This document shows positions 22,440 through 34,944 of a DNA stretch of 64,000 nt, piece after piece. A model generated the notes under the pieces. The model was given only the letters and a program-made list of their open reading frames with translations, did no database searches and had not been told where the DNA came from. Source of the DNA: Octopus sinensis (taxonomy: Eukaryota); NCBI RefSeq assembly GCF_006345805.1, contig NC_043002.1, forward strand, positions 96,224,001 to 96,288,000. The letters run 5' to 3'. The position numbers were made by a program, and so were the translations under genes. Position 1 is the stretch's first letter. Every line of letters begins with the position of its first letter.

Positions 22440-25372
22440 ATCCTTAAAAAAAAATCCTTAAAAATGTTTTAGCCCGAAGGCCGCGGCCATGCTGGGGCAC
22501 CACCGCTGAATGAGCTACACTAGTTTGTGAATCCACCTCTGATACGTGGCACTTGATCAACAAGGGAGTTCGATGCTGCTGCCCGCATCCGTGTCTCCTG
22601 TCGTGAGGTAGGTTCATCTGGGACTCCCAACAAGAAGAGATCCAGTTTAGTTTTAAAGAAACCCACATCCACACCATGTAAGTCTCTCAGGCATTTAGGG
22701 AGGATGTTAAAGAGCTGTGGTCCTCTGAAACCCAAGCTGTTGCAGTATCTGGACCTGTATTTTGATGGTGATGTTGGAATCCTTGGCACCACGCAGCGGC
22801 GCCCCGTTCTGCGGTTGGAGTAACTTTGAATGCCAAAGTTTGGGACAAGACCCTCCAGGATTTTCCAGATGTATATCACTGCATATCTCTCCCGCCTCCG
22901 CTCCAGGGAGAAGAGGTTTAATACCTTCAGTCTTTCCAGTAGCTGACATTTTGCATTGAGACGATTTTCTTTGTGTAGCTTCTCTGAGTTGCTTCGAGTT
23001 CTGCTGTTTGTTTTATATTGTGTGGTGACCAAAGTTGGGAGCAGTAGTCCAAGCGGCTGAGGACAAATGTTTTCCATAGGACCATCAGTGTCTCCTTCTC
23101 TCTTGTTCTGAAAGTTCGGAGAATCCATCCAGCTAGCCGTCTGCATTTTATCACCAGATTAGCAATATGCATTTGGAAAGATGCATCATTGCTCATGTCA
23201 ATGCCCAGGTCACGCACTGATTTTGGCTCAGGGATTGCAATTCTTCCTGGGCCAGTGTATCCAGTCTTCACGTCATTTACCTTTGTGTGCCAGTAGCGCA
23301 GGGCCTGGAACTTACCTGCATTAAACTGCATGTTGTTGTCCTCAGCCCACCTGTATATTGTGTCCAGCTCATGTTGCAGATGCGCAATATTTTCAGGGTT
23401 TTGTATTGCGTGGGAGACTTTTGTGTCATCTGCATAGCTAGCAAGGGTGGTCATCGTAGCAACTGAAGGCATGTCTGAAAGGGCCACTATGAACATCAGT
23501 GGCCCCAAGACAGTGCCCTGTGGGACACCGCTTGTTATTTGCGTTTCCTGGAGGTGGCTCCATTGCTCACAACTGCCTGTTTTCTGTCTTTTAGGAAGTT
23601 GTGCAGCCACTCTCCAAGTTTCCCGTCTATGCCGAGACCACGCAGTTTGTGACAGATCATACCATGGTCGACTTTATCAAGGCTTTTGCAAAGTCAAGAT
23701 ATATTACATCCACATTTGAGCCATTTAGTAGCTGTTTCAACACCCAGTCATAGTGTTGCAGGAGCTGTGTTAGGCAGCCTCTACCTGGTCGAAATCCATG
23801 CTGGGTGTCAGACAGTAAGTCATTTTCTTCAAGGAACATGATTAGTTTCTTACGGACTATTCGTTCCATGACTTTGCTGATGTGTGAGGTCAGAGAGATA
23901 GGCCTATAATTTTTAGCATCTGCTCTGCTACCTCCCTTATGGATAGGGCATATTACCCCCTCTTTCAGTTTGACTGGGAGCTTACCACTTGTAAGAAAGC
24001 TCTGAAAAAGAAGCTGTAGCGGTTTTGCAAGGGCTCGTTTGCACGATTTGAGAAGGATCGCTGGGAATCCATCAGGTCCAGCAGCTGAGTTTGTGTCAAT
24101 CTCATCAATGGCTAGTGTGATATCATCTTCTTCGATGTTGATGTACTCAATTTTTGTCTCTTTGGTCGCTGGTAAAGTGGCAAAGAATTCTTCTGGGTTG
24201 TTTACTTGCCTGTGTCCTAGAGGTGTAGTGAACACACTTTGGAACTGTTCATTCAGTATTTCACTTATCCTCATGGGATTTCCTGTGAGAGAGCCATCTT
24301 TTTGGAAGAGAGGTCCTATTCTCTGGTGCACTGTGGCTGTCTCTTTGGCAAACTTAAAGAAAGCTTTAGGGTTTGATTTTATATTTTCTATTACCCAAGC
24401 TTCTTTATCTGCTCTCTCCTTTTCATGGGACTGATGTAGACTTTTCTCAGTTTCCATTAGCATTCTTTCGAGCCGAGACTTCTCACCACTTTTGGTGTGC
24501 TTGCTCAGGCGGTTTGCAATCCTTGTCCGTCGTCTCATAAGAATCCTCCTTTCTCTAGGGATCCTGTTTTTGTTCTTGTGTGTGCTGGCCCTGCACATTG
24601 GGACATATTTGTCACATATGGCTTGTATTATGGACATGAAGTGTTGTGTTTCATGTTTATGTCCGGTGTGGAGAGACATTCAGGCCAATCCTGTTTGAGG
24701 ATCTCTTTCTCAATCGACTTCCAGTTGGCTTTATGAAAGTTTAAGTTGGAGAGATGGTGGGTGCTTCGTATAGGCTGTGTGTCTGCAGGGGCTTTTGTTC
24801 CATACATAGACAGCTCTATTATGTTGTGATCCGAGATCATTGTCGGCATCACATTAACATTATGGATAATATCCATATTGTTTGTAAAGCAGAGATCCAG
24901 TATATTATCTGCCCTGTTGGTTGCAGAACTATTTGCTCCATGAAAGAGGTATTTGTGAGATGGAGCAGGGACTCCACCTGTGCCTGCTGATGGTGTGTCA
25001 TCCCTGGGAGCATCTGCCCCCCAGGCCATTCCACATTGGGGAGGTTAAAGTCACCCATGAAGAATACACTGTTGTGCTGTTCAAGGTTGGTGAGGACTCC
25101 TCCTATTTTTGTTAGGCAGTCTTCAAACATGCCTGAGTGTTTTGGGGCGTCTGGTGGGCGATATGTAGTGCATATGACGATATTCAGTTGTCTTATGTGT
25201 ACAATTTGAGTTTCACATACTGAGTTTGAATATGACAGCAGGACCTGGGGCGTGAGGTCATCTCGGATGTACATTGCAACTCCACCATGGCTCCTCCCTT
25301 TTCTATCTGTGCGTATGACTGCATATTGCGGCATGTGTATTTCTGCATCACCTATATCGGGTTCAAGATGCG
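22435..25372 (-). mobile_element. CR1-group LINE, near-complete ORF2 (APE and RT), frameshifted, 5'-truncated
   Basis: APE motifs RTDR...GGVAMYI, YRPP, MGDFNLP; RT motifs AGPDG, NYRPISLTS, QHGFRPGR, LDFAKA, SGVPQGTVLGP, YADD; C-terminal FSLERRRER; 3' UTR with GGTGGTGCCCCAGCATGGCCGCGG; (TA)n on both sides. Confidence 0.92.
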
Positions 25373-25968
<596 letters not shown>

Positions 25969-26143
25969 AGGTAGTTTTCAAACTCATCAAGACAAAATCA
26001 AGATCAAAATGGTAAAAACAGAATATTTCCTTGTTCATTTATATGAATTGGATGTTTTTTTTTTTGTTTTGTTTACAAAAGGAGAATATTGTTTTTATTT
26101 TTTGACAACAGTACAGATACTTTTTGACCAAACTACATATATA

Positions 26144-26392
26144 TTGGGCTGGTGCATAATTATTGCGGCTTTTTTTCAACAAATTTTATTCAACAAAAAC
26201 AATAACAATATTTCACAAGAACATATTTAAATGATGGTCTGACTGTCTTCCAAGCAAATGGGAAGCAGTAATTGAAGTAAATGGGTGAAAATTCTCCGGA
26301 ATAATCATTTAAAGATGTTTTTGTTACATGTTCTTGTTTTTGTTGAATAAAATTTGTTGAAAAAAAGCAGCAATAATTATGCACCAACCCAA
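26144..26392. mobile_element. mariner-derived MITE
   Basis: TA|TTGGGCTGGTGCATAATTATTGCGGC ... GCAGCAATAATTATGCACCAACCCAA|TA, TIRs of about 60 bp; the interior keeps the transposase C-terminus (GLDCLPSKWEAVIEVNG). Confidence 0.88.
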
Positions 26393-27153
26393 TATAAGAT
26401 CGAGATTTTTACAACAGTTGTTCTTATAGAACCTACATATACCTGAGAAAGAATACCCTAACCATTTTACCACTGATTAGGAAAGATATCTAATTTAGCT
26501 ACTTGGCTAAGTAATTCATGATTCTGACTTTATTTTCCTAATTTATGAATATTGTGCTGATATTTCGTGTTTGTTCATCCAAAACATAGAATTACATAGA
26601 ATATGGGACTTGGCTATACAGTGTAAAAGAATATACATTTTCATAGGACTTTGAACTCCTTTTTATTTTTCAGTGATGATTGTACCCTCCCTGCTTTTCT
26701 TATTTTTTCCCATACTACTTCCTAAAATTGACACCTTTGAAAGGTCACCAGCCCTTGTGAGAAAATATGTTTATTTACAAATATGTTGATAGGTATACAA
26801 TGGAAAAAGAAAAACACTTTGCAATGAAATTTCAATGAATTGACCACACTAAATTGAATAGAAACCTTTCTCTTTCTCTCTCTCTGTCTATCTATCTATC
26901 TCTCTATCTATCCTTTATTATTATTATTTTTTCTCCTCTTTCTTGATTGTCCTGAAACCTATCTCTCTATCTATACACCCCCTACCACTTTGCTTTCTTT
27001 CTCTCTCTCTCCTTTTTTCCAGACAAACAAAAACAATATTCTCCTCTTTTAAACAAAAGAAATTAACATCCAATTCATATAAATGAACAATGAAACATTC
27101 TGTTTTTACCATTTTGACTTTGATTCTGATTTTGTCTTGACAATTTTGAAAAC

Positions 27154-27960
27154 GAAAATACTCCTTCAGTACTGATCTGATCTCATCTACAGAATTCATA
27201 TTTTTTCCATCCAAATGATTTTGAAGATGGCAGAATATATGATAATCAGATGGGGCAATGTCCAGCAAATATGGTGGGTGGGACATCATTTCCCATTCAG
27301 ACTGCTCCAGTCTTTGGAATGTGGCCAAGCATTATTCTGATGGAAGAACACCTTTCATCTTGAAACCAAAGATGGTTGTTTATCTTCTAGTGCTGCTCAT
27401 ACTGCTCACAGTAGATCTCCTTTGTTATCGTTTGGTTTGGGTTTAAAAGTTCAAAGTGGACTGAACCTTTCAAATCCCACCAAACAACAACACCTTACGT
27501 GAGTGAAGAGCTTCTTTAGCCTGGGGTACTGGCGTTTCTCCTTTCCCTACCCACTTTATTTGGCTCTTGACATTTTTATAGACATCCCATTTCTTATCAC
27601 TAGTCACTATTCAGTCCAAAAAAGGTTAACTTGTGAGACATGACAACAAAGAAGAGCACACATTCACACTCTGCGCACGAGTAAACGTGAAAAGTTTGTG
27701 AGGAGCCCATTGACCCAATTTGCTGACTTTTCCGATGGCATGCAAATGTCAATGAATGGTTGAATGACCAAACACAAGCTTCTCTGCTAGTTCCTTAACA
27801 GTTACGATGGGATTTTGTTCCACACGTGTTTGCAGGATATCTAGGCTGTAGTTTCCAGCTCAGAATTTCTGGAACCACTGTTGACACTGGCTTAAGCTTA
27901 TTGTCTGATCCCCATATACTACATTAACATTCCTCACACTTTCTATTGTGTTGTTGCCTT
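27154..27960 (-). pseudogene. mariner transposase relic
   Basis: HILLYEFHKG...VYG, KLGQWAPHKL and HPPYLLDIAPSDYHIF (YSPDLAPSD motif) on the minus strand, with stops and deletions. Confidence 0.75.
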
Positions 27961-28203
27961 TATGGAACTCATAAAGCAGAATATGCTAAATATGCTCCTT
28001 TGTCACTTTCATTATAGCCTTGAAAAATAACTGCTAAAATTGAACTGTGCTCTTCAAAACTTGCTCTAAGAATAAGGACAAAGTAAAATTACTACCTGTT
28101 TTTATAGCAAGATGATGCAGGTAGTTTATCCTGTCCCCCTCCGACTTTTAGTTCATCCAATTGAAAAAATCACATTATTTATGGGGTATATACATAGTAG
28201 ATT

Positions 28204-28613
28204 CGGATCTTTTCGGTTTGAACGGCAGTTTTTTAAAATAATTTCCATGTAACTAAACACTTTTAAACTTCGTATACTGGTAGAATGTGTTTATAAAACA
28301 TCTTTTCCTCTTGGCTTTGTTGAGAAAATTCTATAGTTTGTAAGATATTTGTTTTGTTTTTTTTCAATTTCTGCAATTTCAACCAATCAATGACGTCTAT
28401 TGAGGGGAAACATTCTGTGCCATATGAATATGTCCCTCGTTTAAGAAACAGATTGGGTTTATTTACATTTGTGAAGAAAAAAGATACCCTTCCCCCCACC
28501 CCTAACCCTAAAACAGATTGAAATGCAATAGATCGATACTAGGGTCATAATTATGGGTGACAATTTCATATGACACTGCTAGAAAAAACTGCCGTTCAAA
28601 CCGAAAAGATCCG
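28204..28613. mobile_element. MITE with 30-bp TIRs
   Basis: CGGATCTTTTCGGTTTGAACGGCAGTTTTT ... AAAAACTGCCGTTCAAACCGAAAAGATCCG|TA; left flank TT, probably a mutated TA. Confidence 0.85.
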
Positions 28614-28871
28614 TAGATTCTTTAAAGACTGTCTACATGTGTGACATGTAAGATGCACGTAGGCATGGCTATGTGGATAAGAAGCTTGCTTCTTAACCAT
28701 GTGGTTATGGGTTCAATTTCACTGTATAGCATTTAGGGGTATCTTCTACTATAGCTCCAGACCAACCAAAACATTGAGTGTGGATTTAGTAGAGAGAAAG
28801 CAGAAGAAGCCCATACGAGCATAAGTGTGTGTGTTTGCGTGTATGTTTACTCTTGTCATGTAATGCTTGTA

Positions 28872-31800
28872 AGTTGTGATTTTAGATTTGATTACGTCAT
28901 TTTGATTGTCTCCATTGCTGTTGTATGCCTGCAGTGCGACTGCGCAGAGTTCTGTTCTGTTTGCAGAAGACATGTTCAGCCATTTTTTTAGTCGAGAATG
29001 TCGCAACTCGCTGCATGAAGTTTTGTTTTGCTTAGCAATCTTTGTATTGTATATTGCTGTATTTTTAGTCGATATAAACCTTTTAAACTTTGATATTCGA
29101 GTTTGGGTTTATAACAATTTAACCGACTAAAAATAGCTAGAGAGAGAGAGAGAGAGAGAATGGACAGCAAATTTATAAAACCAAATTTGTTCACCGCTGA
29201 TCCAAGTTCGAGTCAAGCTTCGAAAAAATGGAAATATTGGTTCAGAACTTTAAAAAAATTTTTAGAATCATTTCCTGCTGAACTGCCTATCACGGACGAA
29301 AGCAAACTTAGGTGTTTAATGGCGCACGTAGATAAAAACGTTTACGAACTCATAAGTGAATGTGAGGATTACTTAGAAGCAATTCAAACTCTGGATAGAC
29401 TGTACGTGAAACCTTTGAACATTATTTTTGCGAGAGACCTTTTAATGACATGCAAACAAGAACCAGGCCAATCAGTTGACGACTATTTACAGAAATTGAA
29501 ACGGCTAACTAAAGATTGCGGGTACAGAGCTGTGGATGCTGAAACACACAAACATGAAGCTGTTCGTGACGCATTTATCTCGGGATTAACGTCATCTTCA
29601 ACTCGCCTTAGACTTTTAGAAAATATTCAAGATGCGGCGATAACTTTAGAAGCCTGTACGCTGGAAGTTGCTCAAAGGAATTCCGAAGTGTATAATAGCA
29701 GTCAGTCTGCTATAAACAGCCAGGGACTCTGTTTGTCAACAGTTATTCCATTGGTGAAGAAGACAAAATCTCAATTCCTGCCGGAAACACAGCTTGTGCA
29801 GCGACAAAACGAACTCAAAAGTCCTGTACCTTTTGCGGATCTAATGAATTTCATCCGAGGTTTAAGTGTCCTGCTAGGCGGAGCAAGTGTTACAAATGTG
29901 GATATTTTGGTCATTTTGGTAAAGAATGCCGGTCAAGTAACCGTAAAAATTTTTGATAATACATCAGCAGCTCTTGATAATGGCAACTTCGCCACGGCTC
30001 CACGGTGGAGCTACTACTAAAGTTAATTATAAAATAACAGCCGATGGCGTGAAAGCATTTGCTTTGATTGATACCGGCTCTACTATGAATCATGTTAGCA
30101 AAGACTTTGCAAAGAAAAACAAATTGGTGGTGAAGTCTGAAAGGAATGAAATTAACATGGCTGTCAATGGAAATCGTTCCGAAAGCGACGGTTATTGCGT
30201 GAATTCAGTTGAACTTCCTGGAAGAATTTACGAGCAAGTAAAGCTGGTGGTACTTGATAATTTGTTTGTAGATATAATTTTAGGACAAAAATTTCTTAAA
30301 ACAGCATCAACATGTACAAATTACCTTTGACGGCGATAAGCCCCCGTTACATTTGGGAGCATTAAAAGTGACATTACACCGAGATTGTTTTTAAAATTTA
30401 AACTCTGACTGTAAACCCATAGTTACGAAATCGAGAAGACAGTCCGCCAATAATCAAAAAATTTATAGCTGATACTATAAGCCGAGATCTGACAGAAGGG
30501 GTGAGGCGACAGCGATTGTAGAATCTGTGAGAAAATGGTCTCATTTTATTCTTGGACGTAACTTCACACTAATAACTAATTAAAACAGTGTGGCTTTTAT
30601 GTTTAATTGCCAAAAGCGCAGTAAACCTAAAAACGAAAAGATAATGCGTTGGCGAATCGAACTAGCCCAGTATAAATTTGATACCATTTACCGCCAAGGT
30701 AAGTTTAATGTTGTATCTGATGCTTTATCGTGTACCTATTGCACAGCTACGACTGATAATGAATTGTACCGTGTTCGTGCAGCGCTGGGTCATCCTGGGA
30801 TCACACGATTGTTTCATTATATCTTTATATATAAAAGTAAGGTTGTGTGTCTGTCTCCTACGATTTAGATTCCTAACTACTCCCACATTTTGCGGTGCAG
30901 TTTAACCAAAACCTGGTATCTTATAGTCGTGATTCATATCGAGCCCTTCTGGGTATTAGCGCGCGTCTACGATGAGTCTACAATTTAAAAAAACATTTAC
31001 CATCATTTTTTTCCATTTTAATACATTTTTTCGCTATTATATAAGGGAAGTAACTCTCTTAAAATGTCTACGATGAGTCTACGATTTAAAAAAAAATTAC
31101 CATCATTTTTTTCCATTTTAATGCATTTTTTTGCTATGTTTTGGCTATAACTCTCTAAAAATGCTTATATAGTTATTTCCCTTACAAATCCGAGCAACGC
31201 CGGGCGATACTGCTAGTTAAAGTTAAGAATTTACCTTACTCCGTAGATGATATAAAGCGTATAACTAACAATTGTGTAATATGTTGTGAGGTGAAGCCTC
31301 GCTTTACTAAAACCTCTGTTTCGTCAGTAATTAAATCTACTCAAGTTTTTGAAAGATTGAGTGTTGATTTTAAAGGACCCCTACCTTCAGTGTCAAAGAA
31401 CCATTATTTTTTTGACTGTTGTGGATGAGTATTCACATTTTTCGTTTATTTTTCCATGTACTGGTACGAGTGCTCATACCGCTATTAGTAATTTGAAGGT
31501 TTTGTTTAATCTTTTCGGATTTCCTGCTGTTATTCATAGTGATAATGCTAAATGTTTTGCATCTAAAGAACCTAAACAATTTCTGTTTAATAGGGGTATA
31601 GCGATTACTCATTCTACTGTGTACAATCCTCGTGGAAATGCTCAATGTGAAAGGTAATAATGGAGTAATATGGAATTCCATTAAATTGGCCTTACGTAGC
31701 AGAAATTTACCAGTTTCTCAATGAGAAGTTGTGCTTCCAGAAGTTATACATTCGCAACGTTCATTATTATGCACGACAACTAATGAGACCCCGCATGAGA

Positions 31801-32580
31801 GATTCTTTAAATTTCCTAGACGTTCTATGTGTGGTGTTTCCGTTCCTACTTGGTTAATGCAAGAACCTGCCAAAGTGTTTGTTAAACGACACGTACGCAA
31901 TAAGTATGAAGCCCAATTGGTACAAATTAACCCTAACCACTGGAGGGTACAGTACCCAGATGAACGTGAAAGTACTGTGTCCATTTGAGATTTAGCCCCT
32001 ACTGGCAAAACGACTGAGGAGTATCAGTTAAGTAAGGATCAAACTAATGTTGCTGACAGCGATCCTACTCAAGTGCATGAACACCATGGTGGTTTTTCAT
32101 ATACCATGATCGATTCTGTCCCACCTACACCAGCTCAAGAACCAGAACCAAAAAAGTTCCTGGTAGGCTAAATTTATGATTGATGATGTGTTACGCTTAT
32201 GAAAAGCCTCACTATTACGTTGTTGTGATTGACTCATGGTTATGTTTGTATTTTGCATTTTGTTGGTTAATTGTTCTTTTTTTTTTCTTTAGTGGGGAAA
32301 ATGTTGTGATTTTAGTTTTGATTACGTGATTTTTTATTGTCTCCATTGCTGTTGTATGCCTGCAGTGCGACTGCGCAGTTCTGTTCTGTTTGCAGACGAC
32401 ATGTTCAGCGTTCTGCAGACGACATGTTCTCGTTACTCGAGAATGTAGCAACTCGCTGCATAAAAATGTTATTGCGTTGAAGTTTGGTTTTGCTTACTAT
32501 TTAGCAATCTTTGTATTGTATTGTATATTGCTGTATTTTTAGTCGATATAAACCTTTAAAACTTTGATATTCGAGTTTGG
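28872..32580 (+). mobile_element. Gypsy LTR retrotransposon, RT deleted (LTRs 28872-29116 and 32302-32580+)
   Basis: Similar direct LTRs; PPT AGTGGGGAAAA before TGTTGTGAT; gag from 29160; two CCHC-type knuckles at about 29826-29930; protease ALIDTGS; RNase H tail; integrase VDFKGPLP, VVDEYS, IHSDN, NAQCER. Confidence 0.92.
30822..31216 (+). mobile_element. non-autonomous Helitron family A, copy 2 (inside the Gypsy integrase)
   Basis: A|TC ... CCGAGCAACGCCGGG...CTAG|T with no TSD; removal restores HY-I-KVKNLPYS. Confidence 0.93.
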
Positions 32581-33105
32581 AAACTGTTCAGCGACGTGCA
32601 ACCAAGAGAATACTCTCCATCAGGCATTCGCCATATTCTGAACGCCTTACTTCTCTGGGCAGGGATACATTGAAACTCCGACGTCTGGCAGCTGCTGACT
32701 TGGCAGACACCCATAAAATTATTAACCATCTTACCAACAATAACTCTGAGCACCTTTTCAAACTCCACCTGTCTAACACCCGTGGACATGTTTACAAAGT
32801 CAGAAAACAGCACAGCTCCCATGACTTTCGGAAACATTTTTTCACCCTAAGAGTTGCTGAAGCATGGAACAAACTGCCGACATCAGTTGTTAGTTGTCGG
32901 AGCACTGCTTCCTTCAAAACTTCCATGCTTCCTGAGATTCGCCAACACTACACCTGATTTTCTCCCCTCCATACATACGCAAGCATGTATCTGACTCATA
33001 CACCGTTCACTTCCCAGACATTTGTACATTAAGGCACATGCCTTATATGCACTTTTGACAAGTTGCGGTGCACCTGAGCACTGAATACAATAATTTCATT
33101 ATTAT
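32581..33105 (+). mobile_element. CR1-group LINE 3' fragment inserted at the end of the Gypsy 3' LTR
   Basis: ETVQRRATK...TLKLRRL...NTRGH...RKHFFTLRVAEAWNKLP; 3' UTR ends in (ATT)n. Confidence 0.85.
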
Positions 33106-33555
33106 TGTTATAACGAGTGAACATCAGCATCATACAAACATGGCTGTTTGTATCCAGCCTTCTGTAAAAAGTGTCTGACCATGAGAAAAATATTACCTTA
33201 CCTTGAAATATGTGAGGCTGGTGACAAATGGGCATTTGCCAGCAGAAAATCTGCATGAATAAATTTCTTCTGACCCAGGCAAGTATGGAAAATTATCATC
33301 ATCGTTGTCATCTTTTAATGTTCATTCTCCATGCTGGCATGGGTCGGACAATTTGATCAGAGCTGGCAGTTGGACAGCTGCACCAGGTTTCAGTCTGATT
33401 TAGCTCAGTTTCTATGGCTGGATGCTCTTTTAATGCCAACCACTTTACAGCATGTACTGGGTGCTTATAATTTGGTAATTGCATGTTAAAATGGATGTTA
33501 AAGGATGATGATGACATCAGGATGTTAAAGGATGATGATATGTACATATATATAT

Positions 33556-33591
<36 letters not shown>

Positions 33592-33832
33592 AATATATAT
33601 ATATATTAACAATATTAATAATAAGGATTACTACAAAGTTGCATAACATTACCATTAATTTATATACTGCCTTGCAAAGACAAACACATGTTTCAATTAC
33701 ACTGTGCAATTGCCAACCTACCATCAAACCGGTGTAGTTTTTTCAGGGTCTTTACTTGATATCCTTTGATATGGCCTTTAAATATTTTCTTTTATCTACT
33801 CTGCGTTGCAAAATGTAGAGTTTTCCATTAAG

Positions 33833-33870
<38 letters not shown>

Positions 33871-34944
33871 CGATATGTTGGGTTAGACCATTTTGAAGCT
33901 GAATGCAGGTGACAGCATGAAGAAACTCTTGTTCAGAGTTACTTCAGTGCCTTCACTGCCACACAATCTGACTCTGCACTGATGACATTGTGCTGGAGAT
34001 GGACAAGGATGACAACACTGTCATCATATTTAAAATAGCTGGCTGTCATAAGCAATAAACAGGCTTGTTGAAAATGTGTGCAATGAAAAGCCAGTCATGC
34101 TGAGCTTGACCATGCTGTTAATAAAGAGAAGTGATATAAAGAATGGAGGGGGTCTTAACACCTGACAAACGATATAATTATAAGCATTGTTTAATTATAT
34201 ATATTTATTTAATTATATGCATTGTTACGTGTGATGCCATTGTACAAATGACGGAGTACTCACGAATATGATCCTAATAATTAAGGCTTGTCATGCCATT
34301 TTTTTTATTTGTTTGTTGTGTGTGTGGTGTGTGTGTGTGTGTGTGATCCATTTTTGGAGTGCTTCAATTCTCATAATGTCTTATTTATGTAGGGAGACTT
34401 CAATGGGTAGCAGTATTCAAAGTGAGGCTTGGTATTAGAATCTCAGGATTGAAAGTTCTAAAGATTCATGGGCACATATGCACTATTCAGACTTTATTGT
34501 TGATATGTGCACACCTAATATTATTTATTACTACGAGAAATTCTCTCAAATGAAGAGAATATGATTGCTTAGGTATATCCTCTTTTCCTAAGTAGATGAG
34601 CTCCAACTTTTCCTCATTTAGCTGCATTTTTCCCTTTCTGTGCGTTGAATCACAGAGTATAGACCAAACTGAAGCTGTGTTCAGTCATACTCCCTTAATG
34701 ACTTTCAGAAGTCATCTGCTCAGGTTTTTATTGTACAATGTTTGACTGTATTTGCAATGTCATTTACCTAAATAAAACAGAAGTGGGCTCAACACAGTTC
34801 CCTGAAGGACACCACAAATGACTTTTACTGGTCTTGAGTAAATTCTACTCATCACTAAATGTTGGGTTTGGATTGTCAGGAAACATTTAATCAACAGCAG
34901 TAGCTTTCCACAGACTTCAGTGTTTAATAACAATGAAATATATA

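Noticed and set aside
28500-28511. CCCTAACCCTAA telomere-like motif
   Set aside because: Only two units, inside a MITE.
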